A stretch of 64,000 bases of DNA from positions 2,170,001 to 2,234,000 of the forward strand of contig OZ249441.1 in the NCBI GenBank assembly GCA_965235115.1. Direction: 5' to 3'. This document shows, piece by piece, positions 1 to 11,121 of the stretch. Positions within the stretch are counted from its first letter, which is position 1, and each line of letters starts with the position of its first letter. Source of the DNA: Laetmonice hystrix (taxonomy: Eukaryota). A program made the translations under genes and the position numbers. The notes under the pieces were generated by a model. That model worked only from the letters and a program-made list of their open reading frames with translations. It made no database searches and was not told where the DNA came from.

Positions 1-137
1 TTACTGTAGTTTTGTCGATATTCAGCGTTAAGAAGCTCGTTAAATCCGACAAGGTCGAGAACGATATTTGGTCGTGTTTAGGTTCCCTGTTTCTAATCTC
101 TGGGCATGATTTCACAGACGATGTGGTCCAGACTTAC

Positions 138-316
138 GTACGTATTTCTCCAGCTCCTCTATGTTTCGGCAGACGTCTGGCAGGTAATCATCAGTTTGAT
201 AACGTCGGTTGGTGAGAGACTGAGAGGGCGGCCCAGTGAGATACGACGTTCACCCTCCATATCCTTTGAGCGGCTGCTGTGCCCAGTTGTTGAGGTATTG
301 GCAGAGTCCAAGGTAA
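138..316 (-). pseudogene. Candidate exon with in-frame TGA (YLGLCQYLNNWAQQPLKGYGG*TSYLTGPPSQSLTNRRYQTDDYLPDVCRNIEELEKYV)
   Basis: Bounded by ctgacAG and a consensus GTAAGT donor on the minus strand. 179 nt; one frame looks protein-like but has one internal TGA, and the other two frames also stop. No family recognised. Confidence 0.3.
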
Positions 317-870
317 CTGTCAGTAATTGTTACCCAATGGTACTTGTCACCTTAAGGCATGTTATTACCTTGTCATCATGAATGATTGTCAGAAACGCAC
401 TCTGACTGGAGGGTGGGCGGCCAGGCACAGATTCAAGGAGACTTGTACGCTGACACAGGTCCAAGTGAGGAACTCTCCGCCTCCCTCAGCACCTACTCAC
501 ACCGCTGGAAGATTTAATCGAACACAGAAACCGTTTCAGAAGACACAGCTAATGTTAATGTTTTCTGATCCCACCCGACACAGGTTTGCATTGACCTGAT
601 TCAGGGCCTGACATACGTGGCCGGGCTCGAGTCGGTGTGCAACTGCCAAGTTGAGCGGAAAGTAACGCGCCTTATTGTCTCGCGTGATCCTTGCCTCAGA
701 AAGAATAGGGATCAAATCATGAAAGCTTTTATACACAATTTGCTGAGAGAAATTTCAGCAGCGTAAGTGGTTAGCCCAGAATATAAATCAATTTTCACAA
801 TGAAAGTGAAGTCTCAGTTTTAGAACATAGAAAGTGTCACTTAAAGTGATGTTCTAGAATGATGCTGGCC

Positions 871-989
871 GACCGGTAAGGGCACTATAATTGTGACCGG
901 TAAGGGCACTATAATTGTGACCGGTAAGGGCACTATAATTGTGACCGGTAAGGGCACTATAATTGTGACCGGTAAGGGCACTATAATTG
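871..989. repeat. Minisatellite, 24-bp unit, ~5 copies
   Basis: Unit gaccggtaagggcactataattgt. Confidence 0.95.
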
Positions 990-1461
990 CCGTGTAATGC
1001 TGTCCTTGGAGACCCAGATATGTGTGGCGGTGAAGGAGCGGTGTTGATCAGGCAAGTAATGCGGTGTACGGCCTCCTCGATGTAGGCCAAGTTCTGAGCC
1101 TGCCCAGGTATTCGTGGCCAACAGGTGATGTTAGCGTGCTGTGTGCCATCGAGAGCCTCCGAACACTGCCCCAACAGTTGTCATCCGTCATACACCCGGC
1201 CACTGCTCACCTGTAAACACCAAGGGATCAGAGATCAGCGCGGAAATTAGCATTCATGAATGTGGACCGGGAAGAAAACAATATGGAGTGTTTAGTCGCG
1301 CGTATTATTGATGAAACAAGGAGGAAGAATAAAGGAGAATGTGTGTGTGTGTGTGGGGGGGGGGTGTTCGCCGCCATGTTGTGTGACCCTTGGGTAGATG
1401 ATTGATAATGGTCTCGCCTAGGTCAACGAGAAGTGTGCGTAATGGCTGCCATAAATATATG

Positions 1462-1904
1462 ATACAGAATCGCTAGGAAGATGGGCGGGTTATATACAGA
1501 ATCGCTGGGAAGATGGGCGGGTTATATACAGAATCGCTGGGAAGATGGGCGGGTTATATACAGAATCGCTGGGAAGATGGGCGGGTTATATACAGAATCG
1601 CTGGGAAGATGGGCGGGTTATATACAGAATCGCTAGGAAGATGGGCGGGTTATATACAGAATCGCTGGGAAGATGGGCGGGTTATATACAGAATCGCTGG
1701 GAAGATGGGCGGATTATATACAGAATCGCTGGGAAGATGGGCGGGTTATATACAGAATCGCTGGGAAGATGGGCGGGTTATATACAGAATCGCTGGGAAG
1801 ATGGGCGGGTTATATACATAATCGCTGGGAAGATGGGCGGGTTATATACAGAATCGCTGGGAAGATGGGCGGGTTATATACAGAATTGCTGGGAAGATGG
1901 GCGG
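1462..1904. repeat. Minisatellite, 32-bp unit, ~14 copies
   Basis: Unit atacagaatcgctgggaagatgggcgggttat. Confidence 0.95.
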
Positions 1905-1974
1905 ACAACCAGGAAGTTGTTGTACCGGATATGTGACGGCGAATGGAAGAAAGCACATATGTCTTTAAAGTTAC

Positions 1975-2694
1975 GGCCAGGCTGGTGTGGTGGTTGTTAG
2001 GGTACGGGCCAGGCTGGTGTGGCGGTTGTTAGGGTAGGGGCCAGGCTGGTGTGGCGGTTGTTAGGGTAGGGGCCAGGCTGGTGTGGCGGTTGTTAGGGTA
2101 CGGGCCAGGCTGGTGTGGCGGTTGTTAGGGTACGGGCCAGGCTGGTGTGGCGGTTGTTAGGGTACGGGCCAGGCTGGTGTGGCGGTTGTTAGGGTACGGG
2201 CCAGGCTGGTGTGGCGGTTGTTAGGGTAGGGGCCAGGCTGGTGTGGCGGTTGTTAGGGTACGGGCCAGGCTGGTGTGGCGGTTGTTAGGGTACGGGCCAG
2301 GCTGGTGTGGCGGTTGTTAGGGTACGGGCCAGGCTGGTGTGGCGGTTGTTAGGGTAGGGGCCAGGCTGGTGTGGCGGTTGTTAGGGTACGGGTCAGGCTG
2401 GTGTGGCGGTTGTTAGGGTAGGGGCCAGGCTGGTGTGGCGGTTGTTAGGGTAGGGGCCAGGCTGGTGTGGCGGTTGTTAGGGTAGGGGCCAGGCTGGTGT
2501 GGCGGTTGTTAGGGTACGGGCCAGGCTGGTGTGGCGGTTGTTAGGGTACGGGCCAGGCTGGTGTGGCGGTTGTTAGGGTACGGGCCAGGCTGGTGTGGCG
2601 GTTGTTAGGGTACGGGCCAGGCTGGTGTGGCGGTTGTTAGGGTACGGGCCAGGCTGGTGTGGCGGTTGTTAGGGTACGGGCCAGGCTGGTGTGG
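1975..2694. repeat. Minisatellite, 32-bp G-rich unit, ~22 copies
   Basis: Unit ggccaggctggtgtggcggttgttagggta(c/g)g; one TTAGGG per unit. Confidence 0.95.
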
Positions 2695-3452
2695 TGTCGA
2701 ACTGAGGCGGTTAATGGTTATCAAGTTATAAAAACTATTTGGAGGTAGTTGAGTTGAGTTGGATCTTTATGTGAATGCCTGGCTAAGTTCATTTAGAAGG
2801 GTGCAGACTGGTTCCTTTGCCCAGTCGTAAGCTGTTGACATGAAATTGAGTTTGCTTCATTATGAGATTTGTCGAGATATGAAATGTGTAGAGTAGCACC
2901 GAGCGGGCTAACAATCCACACACATTGCTATAACATGATTAGCTAACCTGTGCGCCATGGCTAATCTATAAGACGATATTATATCCGGTATAAACTTTTT
3001 AAAGTCGATTTCCCGCATTAAGAAGGCAGGATATGTTGCCGAGTTGAATGGGATCCGGTCGGGTGTGGGTAATTATGCGCCGACCGTGGCTGCTGCTGTG
3101 GGTAAAGATTTAATGGTCTGATTATGCCTGGATCTGTTGGGCGGTATTGACTCTGAGCCTTCGCCCGCCTCAAGGTCCATGCTCCCACTGTGGGCATTCG
3201 ATGAAGTTTTATGTACAAGGTTTTTCGAGAATCAATGGCGGGGCTGTAACTGCTGATCAGTCTGGTAAACTGGAATGATGAAGGGTTCGGTGGTGGTTTG
3301 TTGACAGTGGTAGAATACAGACGCTGTGGGGGTCGGGCATGTTTTCATTTGTCAGTCCCTATCAATAATATCAACTCGTAGATCTGCGACTAAACGTGAT
3401 GGATGGGGTCACCTTGTCAAAGTCTACAAAACTTCACAAAACTCAATAAAGC

Positions 3453-3695
3453 TTAAAAACGGCACGCACAGAGGGTGGTCGGTGTAACTTTACTGAAGAA
3501 TCGGCTCGTTTGATAACGAGTGTCGTAGTCTTTATTTACACAGAGCAGTCCCTGCCCATCACTGATATTGTATCTTGGAATGGAAAGGTTTTCCTGGTTT
3601 TCCCTGAACTGTAGATCTTTCCACACGACAGTTGGACCGTAAGTCGTACATGGACTGTAGTTGAGGCTGTATGACCAGTAAACATTTCCAGTCCA
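3453..3695 (-). CDS. Candidate terminal exon, 80 stop-free codons (WTGNVYWSYSLNYSPCTTYGPTVVWKDLQFRENQENLSIPRYNI...)
   Basis: Begins after cacatAG and stays open to TAA at 3453. Missing from the ORF track because it has no start codon. No family recognised. Confidence 0.2.
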   Translation of the reverse strand, partial: WTGNVYWSYSLNYSPCTTYGPTVVWKDLQFRENQENLSIPRYNISDGQGLLCVNKDYDTRYQTSRFFSKVTPTTLCACRF

Positions 3696-3831
3696 CTATG
3701 TGTTAATGTCCGCTACTGCCGCTATAGTGGACCTGTTGGTAAGCTCGTGTACACCGCACTCCCAACTCTACAACGCCACACACGTGTTAAAGGTCGGTTG
3801 ATTATGCAGAGTGACAAGCAGCTACACCTAC

Positions 3832-3917
3832 CTGGGACACTAGATGTTGGAGGCGTGGCCGCCAATGGCCAACAACACAACAACCTTGTTGAACTTCTCC
3901 ACGTCCAACTTATTGCA
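3832..3917 (-). pseudogene. Candidate exon with in-frame TAG (CNKLDVEKFNKVVVLLAIGGHASNI*CP)
   Basis: Acceptor actttcAG and donor cccag|GTAGGT. The frame has strongly G/C-ending codons but a TAG at codon 26. Another frame is open but does not look protein-like. Confidence 0.35.
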
Positions 3918-4513
3918 CTGAAAGTAGTTTCCCTGTGCAGTTTGTTGAATGTTTCGTGACCTCTAAAGAAGAGCGGGCAGTAGTGACTGAACACCTGGGC
4001 CTATGAAGTCGGACTGCGCGGCGAATAGTTGCTGCTACTGATGCTGATGGTAGTGCAGCATTAGGAACCAGCGATAGCTGAGTTTGAAGCACGGTCCTTG
4101 TTGTTTATGAAGACCGTAGCAGGAGCTGATGAAAGAGACAGTGAGAGAGCCGGACAGACAGACAGGCAGACAGACAGATATAGAGAAGACTGAGATCAGA
4201 TGATGTTAGATGAGTGAAGCCAGGTGGTAGGTTGTATCCAGCAGCAGGCAGCGCACACCATGCCAGCTCGAACTGTGCTCCCATCACCACCCAGGGCCGC
4301 CGGCCGCCCACCGCCCGCCAATAGCATCAGCTGCTCTGATAAGAATATGCTAGGTGTGGAGTGGTGGTGGTGGTGGTGGGGGGGGGGGGGTGCTGAGCTG
4401 GGAAACAATACATATAGATCACGCCAGATTCATAGTACCATGGACTGGGCCCTCTTCTTGCCCGATAGTATGACTTACCCTGTATTATACTTGTACAGCG
4501 TTTCTGACAAGCT

Positions 4514-5174
4514 CTGACTCGTTGCTGACCCACACTTAGGTCACTGACTCGTTGCTGACCCACACTTAGGTCACTGACTCGTTGCTGACCCACACTTAGG
4601 TCACTGACTCGTTGCTGACCCACACTTAGGTCACTGACTCGTTGCTGACCCACACTTAGGTCACTGACTCGTTGCTGACCCACACTTAGGTCACAGCTCT
4701 GACGCGTTGCTGACCCACACTTAGGTCACTGACTCGTTGCTGACCCACACTTAGGTCACTGACTCGTTGCTGACCCACACTTAGGTCTGACTCGTTCCTG
4801 ACCCACACTTAGGTCACTGACTCGTTGCTGACCCATACTTAGGTCACTGACTCGTTGCTGACCCACACTTAGATGACTGACTCGTTGCTGACCCATACTT
4901 AGGTCACTGACTCGTTGCTGACCCACACTTAGGTCACTGACTCGTTGCTGACCCACACTTAGGTCACTGACTCGTTGCTGACCCACACTTAGGTCACTGA
5001 CTCGTTGCTGACCCACACTTAGGTCACTGACTCGTTGCTGACCCACACTTAGATGACTGACTCGTTGCTGACCCACACTTAGGTCTGACGCGTTGCTGAC
5101 CCACACTTAGGTCTGACTCGTTGCTGACCCACACTTAGGTCACTGACTCGTTGCTGACCCACACTTAGGTCACT
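4514..5174. repeat. Minisatellite, 30-bp unit, ~22 copies
   Basis: Unit ctgactcgttgctgacccacacttaggtca, with some 27-bp units. Confidence 0.95.
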
Positions 5175-5519
5175 GGTTGATGCGACTGTTTCATCATGTT
5201 ACACACCCATCAAGTGGCCGTTTTATCACCACCCTCTGATGGCCCTGGGACAGTCACCCGTTCAGGGTACGCCCGCCCGAGGTGGTTCATTGAGAGGGGA
5301 CCGTCTGCGTACAGTGGGGAGGGTCAGGTCAGTGTACGACCGGCATGACAAATCTCCATGTCTAGTTATTGTGAAACATCCGATGATTGTACTCAATGTC
5401 GGCCGTATCCAATCCGACTCGTGCCGTCTCCTCCCATTGGGAGCGGACGTTGGAGACATGGAGACCAAGTCCGCATTGTTAGCTTGGCCTTGAAGGCAGC
5501 CATCGTGGACAGTTGACAG

Positions 5520-5867
5520 CTGGTGCCAGGAGGACGCGAGGGCTAGGAGGGAGAGTCCTCTGGTAACAATCATCCACTGGTGCCTGGAGGACGGGGGACT
5601 AGGAGGGAGAGTCCTCTGGTAACGCTGGTGCTTGGAGGACGAGAGGACTAGGAGGGGGAGTCCTCTGGTAACGCTGGTGCCTGGAGGACGGGGGACTAGG
5701 AGGGAGAGTCCTCTGGTAACGCTGGTGCTTGGAGGACGAGAGGACTAGGAGGGGGAGTCCTCTGGTAACGCTGGTGCCTGGAGGACGGGGGACTAGGAGG
5801 GAGAGTCCTCTGGTAACGCTGGTGCCTGGAGGACGAGAGGACTAGGAGGGAGAGTCCTCTGGTAACA
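5520..5867. repeat. Minisatellite, 48-bp unit, ~7 copies
   Basis: Unit ctggtgcctggaggacgggggactaggagggagagtcctctggtaacg. Confidence 0.95.
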
Positions 5868-5928
5868 CATTAACCAATCCGATGTCTGTCTGAGCGACCG
5901 CTAGCAACTTGAGGCCGTGAAGTGGCAC

Positions 5929-6911
5929 CTAAATGACTGTCGGTTTGGGTCTCTATGCCGTGTATTTATAACTAAATGACTGTCGGTTTGGGTCTCTATG
6001 CCGTGTATTTATAACTAAATGTCTGTCGGTTTGGGTCTCTATGCCGTGTATTTATAACTAAATGACTGTCGGTTTGGGTCTCTATGCCGTGTATTTATAA
6101 CTAAATGACTGTCGGTTTGGGTCTCTATGCCGTGTATTTATAACTAAATGACTGTTGGTTTGGGTCTCTATGCCGTGTATTTATAACTAAATGACTGTCG
6201 GTTTCGATCTCTATGCCGTGTATTTATAACTAAATGACTGTCGGTTTGGGTTTCTATGCCGTGTATTTATAACTAAATGACTGTCGGTTTGGGTCTCTAT
6301 GCCGTGTATTTATAACTAAATGACTGTCGGTTTCGATCTCTATGCCGTGTATTTATAACTAAATGACTGTCGGTTTCGATCTCGATGCCGTGTATTTATA
6401 ACTAAATGACTGTCGGTTTGGGTCTCTATGCCGTGTATTTATAACTAAATGACTGTCGGTTTTGGTCTCTATGCCGTGTATTTATAACTAAATGACTGTC
6501 GGTTTGGGTCTCTATGCCGTGTATTTATAACTAAATGACTGTCGGTTTGGGTCTCTATGCCGTGTATTTATAACTAAATGACTGTCGGTTTGGGTCTCTA
6601 TGATGTAGTTATAACTAAATGACTGTCGATTTGGGTCTCTATGCCGTGTATTTATAACTAAATGACTGTCGGTTTGGGTCTCTATGCCGTGTATTTATAA
6701 CTAAATGACTGTCGGTTTGGGTCTCTATGCCGTGTATTTATAACTAAATGACTGTCGGTTTGGGTCTCTATGATGTAGTTATAACTAAATGACTGTCGGT
6801 TTGGGTCTCTGTGCCGTGTATTTATAACTAAATGACTGTCGGTTTGGGTCTCTATGCCGTGTATTTATAACTAAATGACTGTCGGTTTCGATCTCTATGC
6901 CGTGTATTTAT
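5929..6911. repeat. Minisatellite, 43-bp unit, ~23 copies
   Basis: Unit ctaaatgactgtcggtttgggtctctatgccgtgtatttataa. Confidence 0.95.
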
Positions 6912-7138
6912 GAAATAATGAGAACAAAATCTGATAAAGTGACACCACCTTAACGGTCTCCTGGCGTGAATGAAAGATATGACATTTGTCACTCTATGTA
7001 CGGCTAGGTAACGTTATCGGATCGTCGTATAAAAACGGATTGCTAGGGGTGTGCCATGTACAAGCACAGTCTATAAGTAAAAACATAAGTCTTGTGTTAT
7101 GACAATATGACGGGTGGCACACAGCATGAGGAAGTCTG

Positions 7139-8005
7139 TTAGATGAAAGGTTTAATAGATATAAAATCCACCTTTACCTCATACTTAATGAGAAACACAT
7201 GACAGAAAAACTTGGTGTCCACATAGAGAACCGTGGTATTTGAAACGAGCGCAGATAATAACAATAAAACACAGTTGACCTTTATCAGACATCTGATATA
7301 GAGATACACTTGGTTAAAGTCAGTCCCTGTTAATGAAACTCCGCGACTAATCGCCAAATCTCTGCCTCTTTCTGTTTCTGGATATTGCCATGTTGAAACT
7401 GATATCAGTATCCACTTTACATTTTGACCGTGGTTGTTGTAATCATTGAGGCTGTCAATATGTACATTTTGACCGTGGTTGTTGCAATCATTGAGGCTGT
7501 CAATATGTACATTTTGACCGTGGTTGTTGTAATCATTGAGGGTGTCAATATGTACATTTTGACCGTGGCTGTTGTAATCATTGAGGGTGTCAATATGTAA
7601 GGGACCACTCACATTTTGACCGTGGTTGTTGCAATCATTGAGGGTGTCAATATGTACATTTTGACCGTGGTTGTTGCAATCATTGAGGGTGTCAATATGT
7701 ACATTTTGACCGTGGTTGTTGGAATCATTGAGGGTGTCAATATGTACATTTTGACCGTGGTTGTTGGAATCATTGAGGCTGTCAATATGTACATTTTGAC
7801 CGTGGTTGTTGCAATCATTGAGGGTGTCAATATGTACATTTTGACCGTGGTTGTTGCAATCATTGAGGGTGTCAATATGTACATTTTGACCGTGGTTGTT
7901 GTAATCATTGAGGGTGTCAATATGTACATTTTGACCGTGGTTGTTGTAATCATTGAGGGTGTCAATATGTACATTTAAACGACCACTCGCAGACTGGAGA
8001 TACAT
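7139..8005 (-). CDS. Possible coding VNTR: 288-aa ORF with (HIDTLNDYNNHGQNV)n plus ~90-aa unique tail
   Basis: ATG in accATG context, or an acceptor tatctccAG just inside. The 12-nt interruption keeps frame and the unique tail is stop-free. May still be a repeat artefact. Confidence 0.25.
   Translation of the reverse strand: MYLQSASGRLNVHIDTLNDYNNHGQNVHIDTLNDYNNHGQNVHIDTLNDCNNHGQNVHIDTLNDCNNHGQNVHIDSLNDSNNHGQNVHIDTLNDSNNHGQNVHIDTLNDCNNHGQNVHIDTLNDCNNHGQNVSGPLHIDTLNDYNSHGQNVHIDTLNDYNNHGQNVHIDSLNDCNNHGQNVHIDSLNDYNNHGQNVKWILISVSTWQYPETERGRDLAISRGVSLTGTDFNQVYLYIRCLIKVNCVLLLLSALVSNTTVLYVDTKFFCHVFLIKYEVKVDFISIKPFI
7419..7975. repeat. Minisatellite, 45-bp unit, ~12 copies
   Basis: Unit acattttgaccgtggttgttgtaatcattgagggtgtcaatatgt. 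Confidence 0.95.
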
Positions 8006-8329
8006 GGTACACTGAATGAATAACGTTTGGGTGGGTTTTTGAACGCCTCCTGTTGAAAGTTTCTATATGTATAGTCAATTCGTATAAACGTGTCATGCAC
8101 CTTGTCCAACTCCCTTCACCATCATGGGTAGAGCTGTAGAGTTATAGGAATAACGTACGCATATATGAATGAGATTTTCTGATACGGCCCTGTTTGCGGA
8201 GAGTGCAGAGTGTGTATGACATGATTCAATCGTATAGATTACTCTGCGGACTATAGGGACTGAGCGATATCTTATGTAAATTATTGGTGATGGAGGAAGT
8301 GTGCTCTCTATATGTACAACCTAGCCCGG

Positions 8330-8425
8330 TGTACCAGTTTTCATATACCCCCCTGTTCGGTATACCCCCCGGTCATTTGAACCTAGGTTCAAAATAATGA
8401 CTGGGGTAAGTTAGGGTTAGGGTAG
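8330..8425. mobile_element. Possible end of a non-autonomous DNA element (hairpin plus TTAGGG)
   Basis: ggtcatt-tgaacctaggttca-aaataatgact nested inverted repeat followed by gttagggttaggg; no partner end found. Confidence 0.25.
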
Positions 8426-8836
8426 TTGATCACTCGGAACACCGACGCTGCTTCTGATTGGCTGTTTCTAGGTCATATCCGGAGGCGAAGCAGGCCTCGG
8501 ATGTATGAAGCGGCCATTTTCCCGTTTTTCGTGCAAAGTAGTGTAAAGCGGTCGCACATGAACACAGAGAGTAAATAGTCGACCCCTACGCACAGGCACA
8601 TAGGCCTAGTTCAAATATAATCTCTCGGCATACCTGTACCTCGAATTTTCTATCGTGGAGACAAAACAGTCTCTTCTTCACCTGGGAGGAAACCCAGATA
8701 TTCTGACTTTGTATAAAGTCCGACACTAGGGAGTTCTACATTTTCGGCACGGCGGCAGCGCGCGAGTTTGTTGTTTACATCTGGGTCAGTGGTCCCGACC
8801 TAGCCACCCACCCACCCCACCCCCCAGCATGGCGAC

Positions 8837-8899
8837 CTTCGTCGTACAGCCGAGATATGACGGAGTCAATCGTGGGTGAGCCGAGTGGGTAGTTGATGT
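8837..8899 (-). CDS. Candidate 63-nt exon ((D)INYPLGSPTIDSVISRLYDE(G))
   Basis: Acceptor tctctgtacAG, open frame, weak donor GTCGCC. Confidence 0.2.
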
Positions 8900-9980
8900 C
8901 TGTACAGAGATGCAGACATGATGAACGGTGCGTGCTCGGAGTAAAGTTCATGCCTGGCCATGCCGTGGGAGTCAGTCCGGGCCTCAGTTCCCTTGCTCAC
9001 ATCTTTCCCTAGGTGGGGTAGTTTTTCTCCCACGGGGGAGAGCACATCTTCATGTTTCATGTTTAGCTGATATCCATGATGCGGTCTGACATGTTTTGAT
9101 CACGTATGCCACTCAGTGAATGACACGATGTGACCACGAGGAGGCGCCACTGTACGGTCTTGCAATAACAATAGAGCATCTCACCGTGTTCTGGACGTGG
9201 TACCGACAGCACACCCTGATTTGCATATCAATTGACACCCAAGATGCCCTGACATCGCTTGGAAGTTGCTGTGTGTGTCATAATTTCCGTTTATTTTCAA
9301 TAAAACAAATTTTATGGATACAAAACAAGTATTAGGATACTCTTTATTAAAAACATTTAAATATACGACTACAAGACGTTTGATTTCTCAGGGATATTGT
9401 TTATATCGTAACAAATTACAGAAAGGGTGTGGAAGAAACACCCTTTCTGTGGTCCCCGACGGCGAGAAGATATATAAAGCAATCGACACCGTGATATAAA
9501 TGTAGGGAACTGTGAGGCACCGGTCTCCACGTTCGGTCGTAGTCTGGAAACAGACGCTGTTGAAAACCTGACAGTACGAAGAGTTCGGCTAGGTTGGTGT
9601 GTGTCCACCTGGAGAGGTGAGGGTGTAACTCGGCGATAAGTGTGACACAACTCTTCTAGGGATCTAGCAATAGAACCCGTACCCCGTCAGTGGGCTCAAT
9701 CTGCGGCAAGGTTCCAAATCAGTTGTCTCTCAATGGGTTATCGTGTGTTCTCCAGACGCCAGATCTTTGAACGGTGTAGGACTTGGACCAAGCCCAGTTT
9801 CTATTTGTTAGTTACTGCCAATTTTTAGTTACCCTTCAACTGTGCGCGGGGCTAGGGGCAACCCTCGGCGTCTCGCCACGTCGCTCCGAGTCGTTTGATA
9901 TAGAATTCCCCACTGATTGGTGTTCCTATCTGTCGATTATCTAGATCAAGAATAGCCGTATCTATGTGAGAACAGAACTG

Positions 9981-11121
9981 GCCGTGACAAGCACTCGCCG
10001 TCACTAGAGACATGTCTCGGGCCGTGACAAGTCCTACTATAGGAAGTCGGATGCCCTCTCCCCCCCTGGCCGTCCACAGTGAGGTGTACGTGCTGTCACT
10101 AGAGACATGTCTCGGGCCGTGACAAGTCCTACTATAGGAAGTCGGATGCCCTCCCCCCCTGGCCGTCCACAGTGAGGTGTACGTGCTGTCACTAGAGACA
10201 TGTCTCGGGCCGTGACAAGTCCTACTATAGGAAGTCGGATGCCCTCTCTCCCCCTGGCCGTCCACAGTGAGGTGTACGTGCTGTCACTAGAGACATGTCT
10301 CGGGCCGTGACAAGTCCTACTATAGGAAGTCGGATGCCCTCTCTCCCCCTGGCCGTCCACAGTGAGGTGTACGTGCTGTCACTAGAGACATGTCTCGGGC
10401 CGTGACAAGTCCTACTATAGGAAGTCGGATGCCCTCTCTCCCCCTGGCCGTCCACAGTGAGGTGTACGTGCTGTCACTAGAGACATGTCTCGGGCCGTGA
10501 CAAGTCCTACTATAGGAAGTCGGATGCCCTCTCCCCCTGGCCGTCCACAGTGAGGTGTACGTGCTGTCACTAGAGACATGTCTCGGCCGTGACAAGTCCT
10601 ACTATAGGAAGTCGGATGCCCTCTCTCCCCCTGGCCGTCCACAGTGAGGTGTACGTGCTGTCACTAGAGACATGTCTCGGGCCGTGACAAGTCCTACTAT
10701 AGGAAGTCGGATGCCCTCCCCCCCTGGCCGTCCACAGTGAGGTGTACGTGCTGTCACTAGAGACATGTCTCGGGCCGTGACAAGTCCTACTATAGGAAGT
10801 CGGATGCCCTCTCCCCCTGGCCGTCCACAGTGAGGTGTACGTGCTGTCACTAGAGACATGTCTCGGGCCGTGACAAGTCCTACTATAGGAAGTCGGATGC
10901 CCTCTCCCCCTGGCCGTCCACAGTGAGGTGTACGTGCTGTCACTAGAGACATGTCTCGGGCCGTGACAAGTCCTACTATAGGAAGTCGGATGCCCTCTCC
11001 CCCTGGCCGTCCACAGTGAGGTGTACGTGCTGTCACTAGAGACATGTCTCGGGCCGTGACAAGTCCTACTATAGGAAGTCGGATGCCCTCTCTCCCCCTG
11101 GCCGTCCACAGTGAGGTGTAC
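9981..11121. repeat. Minisatellite, 94-96-bp unit, ~12 copies
   Basis: Unit gccgtgacaagtcctactataggaagtcggatgccctctccccctggccgtccacagtgaggtgtacgtgctgtcactagagacatgtctcgg; length varies in the C/T tract. Confidence 0.95.

Noticed and set aside
138-316. Selenocysteine reading of the in-frame TGA
   Set aside because: No recognisable selenoprotein motif or SECIS, and a neighbouring candidate exon has TAG instead. A nonsense mutation or chance is simpler.
3832-3917. GH18 chitinase motif similarity (KVVVLLAIGG vs KxLLAIGGW)
   Set aside because: The match is too short, lacks the following Trp, and no DxxDxDxE exon was seen.
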